Origin: Tubiluchus corallicola
Lineage: Eukaryota; Animalia; Priapulida
Assembly: GCA_030141605.1 (NCBI GenBank)
Contig: JAQGDQ010000167.1
Coordinates: 273,877 to 337,876, forward strand
DNA: 64,000 nt
Reading direction: 5' to 3'
Within the stretch, counting starts at the first letter, position 1. The number at the start of each line of letters is the position of its first letter. The notes beneath the pieces are model-generated. The model ran no database searches. It worked only from the letters and a program-made list of their open reading frames with translations, and was not told the origin of the DNA. This document shows positions 50,503-63,157 of this stretch, piece by piece. The translations under genes were made by a program, and so were the position numbers.

Positions 50503-51680
50503 TGTTAAAAACGACCTGTACAACTGCAGCGCAAATTCTATTTATATAATTTACAAATTATTTACACATGCAACTATATTATCAAGTAATTCATGGTGAA
50601 AATCAAAACGAAAAAATGCCGGCTTCTTTCGGCCATGTGCTTTTCCTACAAGGGGAGGACAAGGCATGCGTGAAATCGATCCTGTCTATTTATAAAATTT
50701 TCAAAGTTTCTAGAATACGTCTTTAGTGTGTAAACTTGAAACTGCATTTAATTGATAAAAAATTTCACGTATAATTTTTCATACCATTAAAGTCCAAAAA
50801 GTTTTTAATAGTATTTAGTCAAAAATTAAATAGTAACTATTTTCTTTACGAACAGAGGACGCACAAAACAACTCAATATGTCAGCTTCCTATGACTTTAA
50901 AATTTTGCAGTGTAGCAAGTTCATGTTGCTTTGAAAAGTAAGTATTGTGAATGTGAGTTTGTCACCTTCTTTTTTACCTAGTGACTAAGCCAGATGTATT
51001 TAATAAAATTCACAACTTATTTGATTGAATTAAATTTGTCGGCAACAAATAGACTAACTGTAACGTTTAGTGCTCTATTTCAAATATTTGCATTTTTGTC
51101 GACACGACAATGATTTATATATACCATAAATATTTCTATACATATTGGGAGGAATCAGTAGTCGACGTCTAATAAAACAAAGGTGGAACCAGTAATAAGT
51201 GGTCATAATAAACGGTTACACACACATATATAATGATTAATATATATATATACAGAGTAGTCCCTATTTAATAAAACCATGGATAATAAAACCTGTTGCA
51301 TTTTAGTTCTAACTATTTAGGCTCAATCCAGAGTTACTCCCATAGAAACTACTGTTAAGAACATTTATAAAGAACCACATTTTTCAGTAACAGGCGACAA
51401 AGCCAGTAACAAAATGAAATACTAAGCGTATTTTTGATAGTTTGCATATTTTTTAAGATATGCAGTTAAAACTTAAATCCCATTTCCTAGATTCACATCT
51501 TCTTATAGTCTAAGTCACATCGAAAGTTAACGTCAATTGCTCGCTTCGTGTACACCTGCTAGATTATACATATTATTTATATGTATAAGTACTCCATTAC
51601 CTTTTTACATTTAATAAAATTAATCTTCTAAGGCATTTTTGCAGACAAACTTAGATGTTGATTTTCCGTCATCTGACTGG
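50503..51680. promoter_or_regulatory. Shared divergent promoter and 5' UTR region of FAM120A and DDX20; probable DDX20 non-coding exon ending at 50937 with intron 50938-51644
   Basis: Start codons are 1.18 kb apart head-to-head; plus-strand donor aa|gtaagt at 50938 and acceptor tttttgcag at 51644; minus-strand acceptor-like tacag just upstream of the FAM120A ATG. Confidence 0.6.
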
Positions 51681-51855
51681 ATGGCACATAAGCGAGAGTC
51701 TCGAGTAAGGACGTCTGACGTGCAGATCTCGGAAAAAGTTAACTTTGACAGTCTGTTGTTGTCTGAACCAGTACATAAAGGACTAACTAATGCTGGGTTT
51801 GTGAGGCCATCCCCTATTCAACTGAAGGCAATACCATTGGGGAAGTGCGGCTTAG
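51681..51855 (+). CDS. DDX20: DDX20 first coding exon
   Basis: [15 protein letters not shown]...[20 protein letters not shown]; donor G|gtactg. Confidence 0.9.
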
Positions 51856-54800
51856 GTACTGTTTTGTAGCTGATCTCTGTAAGCTTGTAAAGAAATTCCG
51901 TGCTACAGGCCTTTTAATGAGCCTTTTTACAGTCTCGTTGTGTACACATGCAGATGTTGTAGGTCAATGGTTAAGTCCGTCTTAACTACAACTTTCACGA
52001 GTTATGTGTGTAAAGCAAAGCTGTCTTTTGCATCTATTCAGTAATTTCAATTATTTTATGTGGATTTTACCTAATTATTCCTTAGTCTGTGCGTAGGGTG
52101 GTTTACTAGCAGAATCTTGTTTGAAAACAAGAAAAGTGAACTAGGTAACGGTCTAGCTAGCTGTTAAACTGTTACTATTACAATTGCATGGACTGCGAGG
52201 CATTGTCAAATGTACACAAATGCGTCGTCTGGTACACTTAACCTTTGACCTTTTCACGATCATCATCAGTCGCTGCAACTGTGAAAAGGCTTATTGTGTA
52301 GTCGACTGTTGCGGTGAATAAATTTTTGATTAATTATTGAAATTGGGTTTGGTAATAATTTTTGGTAAAACACTTCTAGCTTAAGTAAACCTGCCATCAA
52401 GTTTACATCTCCTACATCTTACATCCTTATAGGAGAACATATAACTTTTAGGTGATTAGTTCTGTAACGCAAGCATCGCGTGTGAACAACTCATGCTGCT
52501 TTCTGTATAGAGTAGCTACACACGTGCCCAGGTGTTTCACGATCATCCACTGCATAATGTAGATTTTTTTTAATTTTTATTACGCCAGTGATTTTCTGTA
52601 CTATTTTGTAATTAGACCCCAATCAATCAAATCAGTACATTTTGAACTAGAAGAAAAGCATTTAGGGCAACGTGTTTAGCTGAACGTTCCTTTACTATGT
52701 TCCTTAGTGACTGTAGTTAAGCAACACCAAGCTTGATGAGTAACTGCTGAGTTAATACTCGTTGTGAGTGGTTTCATCTGCCGTATTAAGTACTTATTTT
52801 ACAGTAAGTACATTGTATACCAAATACTTTGTAATTAGTGTTTTTCTATTGTTACAGATCTGATCGTTCAAGCTAAATCTGGAACTGGAAAGACATGTGT
52901 TTTCACTGTCGTGGCACTGGAGAGTTTGTTGAGTGAATCCAGTGCGATGCAGGTCTTGGTTCTGGCCCCGACGCGAGAAATAGCCGTTCAAGTTAGAGAT
53001 GTGATGCGATCTATTGGTAGTTTTATGAAAGGAATGAAATGCTGTTCTCTAATTGGGGGATCTCAAGTAGCATTAGACGTAGAAGAACTGAAGAATTGCC
53101 ATATTGCTGTTGGTACTCCAGGTAATTATGATTAACTAATTATATCGCCTTGAGAATATATAAAAGTTATCTCACATAATGTTTATTTCTAACTTTAGTA
53201 CATTAAGTAGGTATTAGTTACGATTTCTTTCTTTGCCAAAAAAATTGGTGTGCTTGGACAGCCTTTCTTGACTTGCTGAAATGGTCTGATTTTTAAAAAC
53301 TTTATGCATAAAAATTAATATTTTATCAGTAATCGTATGTGTTCGCAAATATTAGCTTTTCACTATTATAAGAGAACATTTTCAAAAATTTGATCTTGGT
53401 ACGTAAACAAACCTTAAAAATATGAAATAAACTGTTAATTGGATAGATCTTTATCTAGGAATGTAGTTTCTCTACATTTTTTTATTCGGTTATATTTCAA
53501 TAAAGGAAGAGTAAAGCAACTGATAGAAGAGAAAAAGTTAAAGACGGATTCGATTCGGTTGTTTGTATTGGATGAGGCAGATAAACTTCTAGAGGATGGC
53601 TTCCAGGAGCAAATAAAGTAAGATAAACAAACACCATTAGCTTTTTTTGGGATAAAACCTTTACGGGTTTCATAATGACAGCAGATTCGTGTAATTGTCA
53701 AATACTTTTATTTCGGTATCTCCCCTTTTCACAAAAAAAACCTAGCAGGTGCATTTTTGGGCAAAATTGTGTTATTGGTACCAGGGCATTCCTAGTATCA
53801 TGCTGCATCTTACAACTAAACGATTGGATGATCTGAAGATTACTAAATAAGCTACTGACAAAATAAAAAAAACCTAAAAACTCCATGTGCACTGAAATTT
53901 TCAGACAAGCCTAGTAAGTCCACAGGAGACAGTGGACAGCTATGCAGGTGAACAGTGAGGCAGGCTATTCTACCCTTTGCCGGCATTGAAGTAATCACCC
54001 ACAAAACAGAAATCAATGCATTTACTTTTCATTTTGATTGGAAATGCAAAAGGTTGTGTAATGTTTTCGATGTACAGTTTTGTTATTATTCTTTTACTAT
54101 GAGATATGCATGTAATTGAAACCTGTGATGCCTGATATGCAATTCCATTTGTATATAAAGCTTGTTGCATGACGCACAATCCATATTTTCTGGAACGCAA
54201 TCGCTATCGTACAAATACACATCACGTTTCAATGTGCAAACGGAAAGCTGTCGTTGCCTAGGTCATTTAGCGAGTTTTCGAGCTTCCAGTGATCATTTTC
54301 GAATAACTCAAATTGACGGTTGCTCATTTCAGCCGATTGGCTTCCTGGTCAGATAAGTTTGGTCACTTCAAGACCTGTGCACAATAATATTTCCTACATT
54401 TGAGTTTTGAAAGGTGGAAGAAGCATGTAATATTATGTTGTTAGGCATGTAGCTAAAGATTATTTTAGAAGTGGTGATACACTGTGTATTGCTCTCAATT
54501 GCAAAATATTGTGTGTCCAAAACCTGTGCTTCCAATATGCCAGCGATGTTCGTTTCGCACGAGACAAGATAAATTTAAATTTCTTTTAAATACACTTCTA
54601 AGCAAGCATTCTATGTGCTTATATTGTGTGGTGATTTCAATGTTTTTGATTGTACAGCAGGCGCCGCTTAATAGACTCACTTTTAAGTGTTTTGGCCCTA
54701 TTAACCGACAGAAGTAGTATTACTAGTATAAAAGTATGAATCATCAGCTTAATATGCACTGCAGAAGCTGTATCTGTACCATTAGTGTACCTGTATGATA

Positions 54801-56503
54801 CCTGTATCCTTGACTATTAACTGATTAAGCATGAAAGTGTGATTTTCAACCAGAGCTTCAAAAAGAAACCACTAGACAAGTGATTGAATGTTTAGCTTCC
54901 AGAAATTCTTTGGTAAAGAGGTTAGCTGCAGTGGACGAGTGGGTAACAGATTCAGAGCAAAACTGCTATGTTAGCATATTAGCACATGATACACAAACAT
55001 GCTTACAAACAAAATGGTACTTGACATGATTGTTTCTACAAATATTATAGAGCACAAAAGCAAACTAAGATGACATAAATGTAGTAAAAGGTCTTTGGTC
55101 ACTCAAAAGTGCCTTATTTAAGTATGTGAGGTGAAAATATTGAGTCAATTACGGGGAGTTTTTTTAGTCAATTGCCGACAGTTTTGTATAATTTGAATAG
55201 GAGCAGCCAGTACTAGGTGTTTTTGAGTCAATTAAGCGATTGAGTCTATAACCGTGAGTCTAATAAATGGCACCTACTGTATGTTAATAAATGTTGTTCG
55301 AGGGTTGGTTCTTCTTTTAATATGCATAGCGTTCATGGATACATGGAAATAGTCATATGCAGTATACGGTACACGACGCGCACGTGGGTCACACAGATTC
55401 ACACTTTAAGTGATGCTTGTATGCCTCACATGAAATTTCTAAGAATTATTGTTAGGTTCTGGTCCTGTCACAGTTATTTGTATTCAGTAGACCTTGACAA
55501 CGAATAATCCCATCGAAAAAAAATTGCCGTTGTTAAACTTGTGGTTTTACAACATCTTAGCCCTGATAGTTTATTTATTTGTTACAATATAGATATAGAT
55601 AAAAAACTCAATGTTTTTTTAGACAAAGCACGAGAAAGTGCAAGTAGAAAAAGAAGCTTTGTCTACCATTGGATTTATCAGGCTTTGTATAGAACAAAAT
55701 TATCTCTTTTGTATTAACAGATTTTTTTGCTTTTTCATTGTCGGTAGGCTTGTTAATAAAATAGTTTCTGCTAATTGTTATTAAGTGTGGCTGATGGTGT
55801 GTTATCAGATGAACAATAAAATAAATAATTGCTCGAATTGCAGCTGGATATATTCCACGTTACCAGCAAATAAACAAATAGTAGTTGCTTCAGCGACATA
55901 CCCAGAGCATCTAGCAAATCACATGACACGATATATGCGAAATCCAGCTTTCGTAAGACTTAATTCGTCCGATCCTGCATTACTTGGTAAATATTTTCTA
56001 AACTTTTGACATTTGGCATCTTGTTCATTGGAGAATTCATTCTAAGATTTTGCGTGCACAAGCCGTTGTGTCTAACAAAGTTTTGTGTCAAATATTGAGA
56101 ACAGTGGCACAACTACATTAAAAGGGCACCCCAGGAAGGCATATACTTTGTGTTTTATATTTGAATATTATACAGTTTAAGCAAATTGAAAAAGCAAAGT
56201 AAATGATTGTAAAGTGTTGACTATTTTGTCTATTTTGTACATTTGTTAGGTTCATATAAGTATGATGAAAATATTGTATTTTATAACTCTGTTTTGTTTT
56301 TGCTCTTATTGGTTAGGAATAAAACAGTATTATCACATTGTTGAGTTTCATCCAGTCGTTCAAGAAGCATTTCAGTACAAGGTGGAGCCACTTGTCAAGT
56401 TTTTATCCTCTGTTTCGTTCCATCAATGCCTTATATTCTCTAATTTCCAGTCACGGTAAGTTGTGCAATTGCAGTAAGTGTATGAAGCTGTCTTGTAGCC
56501 CCC

Positions 56504-56580
<77 letters not shown>

Positions 56581-59500
56581 CCTCCCTCCCTCCCTCCCTC
56601 CCTCCCTCCCTTCCTCCCTCTTTCTCTCCTCTTTCTCGACCCATGAAATTTATTGTTAGGCCAATTATTCTTATTATTAAGATCATCTGTGTCTGATTAC
56701 AATGCTTTATTGTTGCCCCTGTTAATACCAGTTTAACTTAGTCACAAAATAAAAGCAATTTAAAACTTTGCAAATTGTTTCTTTTTGTGTTAAATTAGAC
56801 GTATTTTACTGATTTTTTATTTTATTTTATTCTGAAAGCTCCCATGGGTCATGCTGAACACTTACAGTGCCACTTTGAAAATATCTCATGGACCACACTG
56901 CATTCAACTTCCAGTTTTCTCATGAGCTACTGTTTGTGTGTGGGCTATGCATTGCACACACTTGAATTAAAAAATAGGCTAACACCCTTGTTAACTAATT
57001 AGCTAAATGCCCCTAACACACCTTATCACCATTACATATGTCATTTCAAGCAGCATTTACTTGATATTACCTCACTGCTTAAAAAGTTAAAATTGCACAC
57101 ATTTCATTTGCGTTTATGTATTTTGACACGATTAGGGCACAAGCGCTATGTGAGATTCTAAATGCTAGAAACTGGCCGGCGGCATACATCTGTGGTTCAC
57201 AGAACCAGAAACTTCGACTGCAGACCATCAATAAACTGAAGCAACTCCAGTGCCGTGTGCTCATTTCTACTGATTTAGTAAGTTACAATCTTTACATTGT
57301 GGAACTTGTATTTGGCCGATACTGAAAAGCATTGGCTAAAATGCATTTACAAGTTCTGTAGTTTCTTAATACAGTTCATGCAAAACTTGATACAGTTCTT
57401 CTGTTGCAAAGCACTGAACTGCAATCGAAGACAACAGTTTGTTTTAGCTGTCACCACCCATCTGCTGTTGAAACTTGGTGCTGCTTAACTTTTTGATAGC
57501 CAGACATTTCAAATCCGTATCATTTTCAAATCCGCATCGGAAGCATAATCAATCATGCCTGATAGTGTTTAATAAAAAGTGATTGACTTATGTAACAATA
57601 AAGTTTAATATTGTGGCAAGACCAGAACTTAACTGATTGTCAAGGATAAACCATAAGAACTGAACCAACAGAAGTGGAAACTGGAATCCGTATTATACAT
57701 GCACATCCAGTGAAGTAAATAGTTGGAAACAGTGTGGAAGCTGTTTAGTATCCTACCAACATTTATTCACTCACTAATTATAATTTAGTCACTCACCAAC
57801 TTAACTGCCCATGGTCAGTGTTGGTTAAAGGTCAAGTGCAGCATATTTTATGAGGTTTCAGTTTTACACAAAAATTTTCTGGTGCTTTTAACTTTTTCTT
57901 GGTAGTTTATATAATAGGAAATCTCGTGTGAAGGTTTCATTTTCAAAGGAAATCTGGAACTTCATTTCGTGCGTGTTACTCGTTAGATGACACCAGGAGC
58001 TCTTTAGTCCTCATTTACGCCAGCGTTTAAGTTTGGTTATGACGTGTCACATTTTGCTGTGTAGCATTGTTTACAAATCCAGCATCACAGAAAAGGTATC
58101 GAAGGAAACCATTGCTAGGACATTTGTTTAGCCTACGATTTTCCAAAGTTTCACGAGCAAAACCGAACAAAATGTTTTGGGGAAAGGCAACTTCGAGGCC
58201 TAAACTCATTAGGCAAGAATCCATGAAATTGAATAAAATTAGTGTCAAATTTTAAGTTACGGTTAGCTGTTTTAATTAAACTTGTTTTTACCTTAACTTA
58301 GTTGCTAAGCTCGTTATGTGACCACTCAGCTATTACCCCCAAGTGTGTTTTGTTGCTTAAAATTCAGAGGTGCTTTCACTGTGCTTTTAATAAATGGTGA
58401 TTAAAGTGCAATGACCAAAGTTTAAAATGTTGCTATTATTTTCAGATTTCACGAGGTATGGATGCAGAATATGTAAACTTGGTAATCAATTTTGATGTTC
58501 CATATGAACCAGAAACTTACCTCCATCGAGTGGGCCGTGCCGGAAGATTCGGTAAATGCTCAATTTTAACATTTAAAAACTTTAAAAGCAATTTTTGTAG
58601 CACGAGATTCATTACAAACAGCATTACAGTTTAAAATGTTGGTGATGCTAGTTTGAGCTAAAAAGTTCATGTAATTTTTTTTTCAAATGTTGTTTTTTCA
58701 TTAAACACACCTTGTATTTGATACTCCTTTTGATATAGTAATTGAATTGAAGTTAATTTCAAAATTCCAAACCAGATTTGAGATGTACCTACAAGCAATT
58801 TTTTGCCCTCATAAACATTGCCATTTGCAAAATCTTTAAAACAGCTTCAAGTCCACATAACATAACACACCACAACATAACATAATGTAACGTAAAGTAC
58901 AGTAACCTAACACAATATAAGGTAACATAATGTAACACATTCCTTAAACCTTTAGTCCATTGTTTAGTCACCTAATTGGCTTACTAGTCAAACTGAGGAA
59001 GTATTTCCTTTTAATGCAGCTTGCTTTATTTAAAGCTCGCTTCTCTCGTCCACCTAATGACCAGCAGAGTCTGTATGTTGAATTACTTGATCACAAAGTC
59101 TAATCATTTTGAAATATAGCTTGGTAATTTGAATGCTGCACAAGGAAAGTACTTTTTACAGTAAGAATAGAAATCTCTTAGTTATTGCTTTAATCTACTG
59201 TTTCGCAAGGAAGATAGTTTGAGATATCAGTACAGTCAAACCTCTTTATACCGCCAAACTCGTTTACCGCCTGCAAAATAACGAAGAACAAAATTGCTGT
59301 ATTCAACTGTGTATCAAAATAACCCGTTATACACTGCCTACTGTTACCCGCCATCAACCAGGCAAATTAATATATGTGTTCAATGGGAAATACCCCCAGC
59401 AGTGTCAACTAGTGCCAGCAGTATCTTGATAAAATACCAATTGTACAAGGCTGATATATGCTCTGCTGAGTTGTAGACACAGGGTAGACATCATGTGTAG

Positions 59501-60012
59501 TGCAAAATAGTGCATGTTATCATATTTTGAATGTTTGCAAGCTTTAGCATATAACATAATGATGTATTATTGTCCATAGATTTCTACTGAGTCATTAATT
59601 CACAGATGGTTAATTTAATAATTTTCTTTTTGTTCATTAACCTTTAGAGTGAAATTGAGAATTCTAATCAGTGTGCACTTGTCTGTTTTGAGACGCATCT
59701 ATGGCAGAATTTAACACACCTCGTTATAATGCCAACTTTATTCTGGTCCCAAAGTAGATTGTATAAATTTCGTCAACGCATTTACTTTGGTTTGCTGTGA
59801 GTCAACTAAAAGATTAGCAGACGGAGTGTTGTACAATAAACAGGTGCAGGTGTATAAGTGCTGGTATCACATGCATCGTCATATTTCTCACGTTATGCAT
59901 TTAATCTTAGGCACGCTGGGAGCAGCCGTCAGCTTCGTCAGTCGAGGAAGGGAAGAGGCAGAACTGAAGAGGATCCTACAATACTGTAACACTCATGCCA
60001 GACCTTTGCCAG
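51681..60012 (+). CDS. DDX20: DEAD-box RNA helicase DDX20/Gemin3, 3' partial: join(51681-51855, 52858-53121, 53506-53617, 55844-55986, 56317-56455, 57136-57277, 58446-58551, 59911-60012)
   Basis: Q motif GFVRPSPIQ, the DDX20-typical [54 protein letters not shown] and [10 protein letters not shown]. All introns are GT-AG and in phase. The large C-terminal exon is not found in the window. Confidence 0.93.
52858..53121 (+). CDS. DDX20: DDX20 exon (motifs I, Ia)
   Basis: [16 protein letters not shown]...[10 protein letters not shown]...IAVGTP; ttacag / gtaatt. Confidence 0.93.
53506..53617 (+). CDS. DDX20: DDX20 exon (DEAD motif)
   Basis: GRVKQLI...[18 protein letters not shown]; taaag / gtaaga. 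Confidence 0.93.
54655..55279 (-). mobile_element. Second, shorter copy of the same pogo/Tigger family, inverted
   Basis: Same TIRs, TA on both sides; interior is reverse-complement similar to 30572-31000. Confidence 0.8.
55844..55986 (+). CDS. DDX20: DDX20 exon (SAT motif)
   Basis: [24 protein letters not shown]...DPALL; ttgcag / gtaaat. Confidence 0.93.
56317..56455 (+). CDS. DDX20: DDX20 exon (motif IV)
   Basis: GIKQYYHIV...[13 protein letters not shown]; gttag / gtaagt. Confidence 0.92.
56500..56636. repeat. (CT)n then (CCCT)n polypyrimidine microsatellite
   Basis: About 30 CT units followed by CCCT repeats in a DDX20 intron. Confidence 0.95.
57136..57277 (+). CDS. DDX20: DDX20 exon
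   Basis: [28 protein letters not shown]...RVLISTDL; attag / gtaagt. Confidence 0.92.
58446..58551 (+). CDS. DDX20: DDX20 exon (motifs V-VI; missed by the ORF track)
   Basis: [35 protein letters not shown]; tttcag / gtaaat. Confidence 0.93.
59911..60012 (+). CDS. DDX20: DDX20 exon (end of helicase core)
   Basis: [34 protein letters not shown]; cttag / gtaact. Confidence 0.9.
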
Positions 60013-61931
60013 GTAACTAGTTAAGGATTTGCTTAAAGCTACAGCCATCAATGTTAATTATTAGCAGCGGCGCATCAAGACTTTACGATGTCCTAGGCTG
60101 GTAGTTCTGTCCCGTCCGTCCATCTCTATTATGAATTTATGGTTGTTTGTGTAATGAGTAGATTAAACAATTACTTGTAGTGTAGTAGAAACACTGTTAA
60201 CCTAGTTTCTACGTGGTCATTATTAATTACATGTATTTGCGTAACCCTATGTTCAAGCAATACATTACACCTGATCGTTATGTGGCACTTATGTAAAAGC
60301 TCCGCTCAATAATTGCCTGTGGTGTGTTATAGAATGCGCCCTTTACATGAATAAAAGTATACACATTTTCCCAGGAGAAAAAGAATTTTTTCTAAAACAC
60401 CCTAAGCTATAGGCTAGTTTGTCTATTGGTTAGTACGCCCCTCATTATTAATTGCCACCTACACTGATAGTTGCTGCAATACGGGTATGCGTGCATTTGG
60501 TGCTAGTTTCAGTCTGTAGCATGTGGAGAGCTATGTGGATGCAGAATATATGAAGCAATAGAAGGACGAGCAGGGTGATTATTTGTTGCATTTCGTGAAA
60601 GCATATGTGGTTAGAATCAATGTTAATTTGATAGAAAGATTTTCTTTGGTCTTCTGAAAAGTCAAGAGTTGCAGAATTTCTTCCGAATTTGGTATGAATG
60701 TCAAAATTTTATAATCAAAAACCAAAGGTTATTCGTGACAAAGGGTTACACTATGAAATTTCAAGGACAAAGCCAAGGTTAAATAATCACCTAGTGAAAG
60801 GAACTCGTGTGAGAAATGTTCCAAAGATGAAACAGTGCTAAAAAAACATAGAAGATGAGCCAGCTTTACGAAACCAAACTCAGAAAAATGTTAAATATTT
60901 CATGTGTAGGCCTAATAAAATTTGCAAGCAGTATCACAGTCTTCACAAGCTAATGTGAAGCGTGTTCCCACAGTTTTGACTATAGAGGTTTTTCTTGTTT
61001 GAATTCATAGTTTGTTTTTCTGAAGCTTCTGAAATTTGCATCATTTGTTTTTGACAGTAACATCTTTTTATCGTACAGCCACATATTATGCATATTATAT
61101 TGTATAGTCATTAATTATAGTATCTATTACTACTAGCAAGTATCATTGGGCAGCTAAAATCTCAATCAGTTTGATTAATAATATAATTGCAATAATCGAT
61201 CTGTATCTCATAATAGCTGTTATAACTAAGTAGCAGACGGTCAGTTTTTTTATATGTTTGATAGCAATTCTACCTGTATATAATTTTCTTTTTGTACTTG
61301 CCAATGTAAGTAATGTTATTCGCATATTTGCACAATAAATTGAATTGAATTGAATTATTATAAATGTTTTTCGTCACAGTAACTTGCGTGGTTGATTGGC
61401 AAAATCGCATTTCAGTGCTGATCTTAAAATGCATTGATATGCTTCCCAAGAAAATTGTGCATAAGGATAGGCAAAGATTTTTAAACACTAGACTCATACG
61501 TAAGATAATACTGACATTGTGAAGAATCATACACAGCTTTCTAATAATTAGGTATATCGAGTATTTTAAGCAAACACTTGCACAACAGACCTAACTCACC
61601 TTCACAGTATATCGCGGATCATTATTGCTTTCAAAATATGAATCCAGAAAATTTCTTGTTTTTTATTGATTTCTGACATATTTTAGTGCCACAACTTTCA
61701 GTTGCAAGAAAGACGAGACACAATGAGCCAAAATTCCTTCTTAGATACTATTCGTGAGAGGAGATGCTGCACAAAAGATTTTCTAAAGACAGCGCAACTT
61801 AATTTCCTTTTCATGCGTACACATTTTTGCATTCATTTTAAGGTTGGGATTTTTCGGTAAAAGTATTGATTTTTCAATTTTCTTGAAAGTTGAGCTTTTG
61901 TCAAGTAACTGCTTTTTGTGTGAATACCAAA

Positions 61932-61970
61932 TATATATAAAGACATCGGGCGAAATGGATAAGCAGTGAG
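61932..61970 (+). promoter_or_regulatory. Candidate TATA box and initiator of the GPCR gene
   Basis: TATATATAAAG at 61932-61942, Inr-like CAGT about 29 nt after TATAAA, about 85 nt before the ATG. Confidence 0.5.
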
Positions 61971-62048
61971 ACGCAGTCTGAAGTTTGTCACAACTTGTAA
62001 AAGTGTTCTAGATTTTCGTGAAATTTACAGTCCTGTTACTGAAAGAAA

Positions 62049-63011
62049 ATGAACAACATTTCTGAAAAACAGCTGTCAAACTATACCGACTCTTTCAACT
62101 ATGCAGCTGCATTTGTATTTTCCAACATTGGCATATCCATTCTCATTGCAGCCAGTAACGCTCTTGTGATGGCTGCACTTATCACCGAAAAGCAGTTTCA
62201 CAAGGTGGCATACGCTTTCGTCGCAAACCTGGCAATTGCAGACTTCATGACAGGAATGTTTATGCTGTATAACACGCTGTCGATATTGGTACCAGAACTG
62301 CTGAACTCAAAGTACGCTTGCCTGACAGTGTATATGGGATGTATCCTTTCTGGACACCTGTCAATTCTGAGCATTGTTTTGATTGCAGCCGATCTATACG
62401 TGAAAATCGTCCATTCTCTCAAGTATCACGAAATCATGACAAGCAAACATGCAGGGCTCTTAATACTTGGTACGTGGGTGGTCTCGCTAACGACGACGTC
62501 TTTGCCGTATTTGGGCTGGTCGAACGACTATCCGGGCATATATGCTTGCCTCTTTTTAACGGTTCTCCCACCCAGTTATCTCTTCTTTTGGTTTGTTGTC
62601 AATTTTGTCATCCCAACATCCGCTTTTGTTTTCATGTACCTTCACATAACAAGCATAGCTCGTCACCATTCCAAGCAGATTGCCATCCAAGCCCAGGTAG
62701 GTCACAGTGGTGGTGCAGGAGGTCCGACTCAAATGCAGCTTATAAATAGAGAACTGAAGATGATGATCACGACTATGATCGTACTACTTACGTTTATTGG
62801 ATGTTGGTCGCCATTAGCCGTCGTCGTCTTAGTAGACATTTACTCTTTTCTCGTTCATCCTGAAACGGCAACCCACGCAGACATAATGGTGGTGGCTTTG
62901 TTCGTCTACTGCAACTCGTTTTTCAACCCGATCATATATGGCATAAGAGATCGCAACTTTCGCAGGGCGTATCGTAAAGTTATCTGCTGCGAAAGACCTC
63001 AGCAATGGTAA
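62049..63011 (+). CDS. Intronless rhodopsin-family (class A) GPCR, 320 aa, GPR119/adenosine/melanocortin-like group; ligand unknown
   Basis: Seven hydrophobic segments; SN (TM1), NLAIADF (TM2), DLY at the DRY position, W...LPYLGW (TM4), CWSP (TM6), NSFFNPIIY (TM7), helix 8 FRRAY followed by CC; N-glycosylation sequons NIS and NYT in the short N-terminus. Confidence 0.95.
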   Translation: MNNISEKQLSNYTDSFNYAAAFVFSNIGISILIAASNALVMAALITEKQFHKVAYAFVANLAIADFMTGMFMLYNTLSILVPELLNSKYACLTVYMGCILSGHLSILSIVLIAADLYVKIVHSLKYHEIMTSKHAGLLILGTWVVSLTTTSLPYLGWSNDYPGIYACLFLTVLPPSYLFFWFVVNFVIPTSAFVFMYLHITSIARHHSKQIAIQAQVGHSGGAGGPTQMQLINRELKMMITTMIVLLTFIGCWSPLAVVVLVDIYSFLVHPETATHADIMVVALFVYCNSFFNPIIYGIRDRNFRRAYRKVICCERPQQW

Positions 63012-63151
63012 CACTTAATACTATTACCAGTAAGGCTTGATATAAAAAGGCTCTGCAGTTGCTTGTATGTCAATGGTCATTATTTAAGCCAGGTGATTCA
63101 CCAAAACTGAGCTTCGTGAATGCTCAAAAGAGAATATTTAAGGTTCTCTTA

Positions 63152-63157
63152 AATAAA
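63152..63157 (+). terminator. Candidate poly(A) signal of the GPCR gene
   Basis: AATAAA about 140 nt after the stop codon. Confidence 0.35.

Noticed and set aside
56338-56686. SL-repeat and ER-repeat ORFs
   Set aside because: Translations of the (CT)n microsatellite.
60520-60573. Candidate next DDX20 exon sharing tggatgcagaatat with the 58446 exon
   Set aside because: Only a 14-nt match; the translation is not DDX20-like and the splice signals are weak.
62049-63011. Functional GPCR/G alpha-i gene cluster
   Set aside because: The genes are 45 kb apart with two unrelated genes between; GPCRs are abundant, and nothing in the sequence links them.
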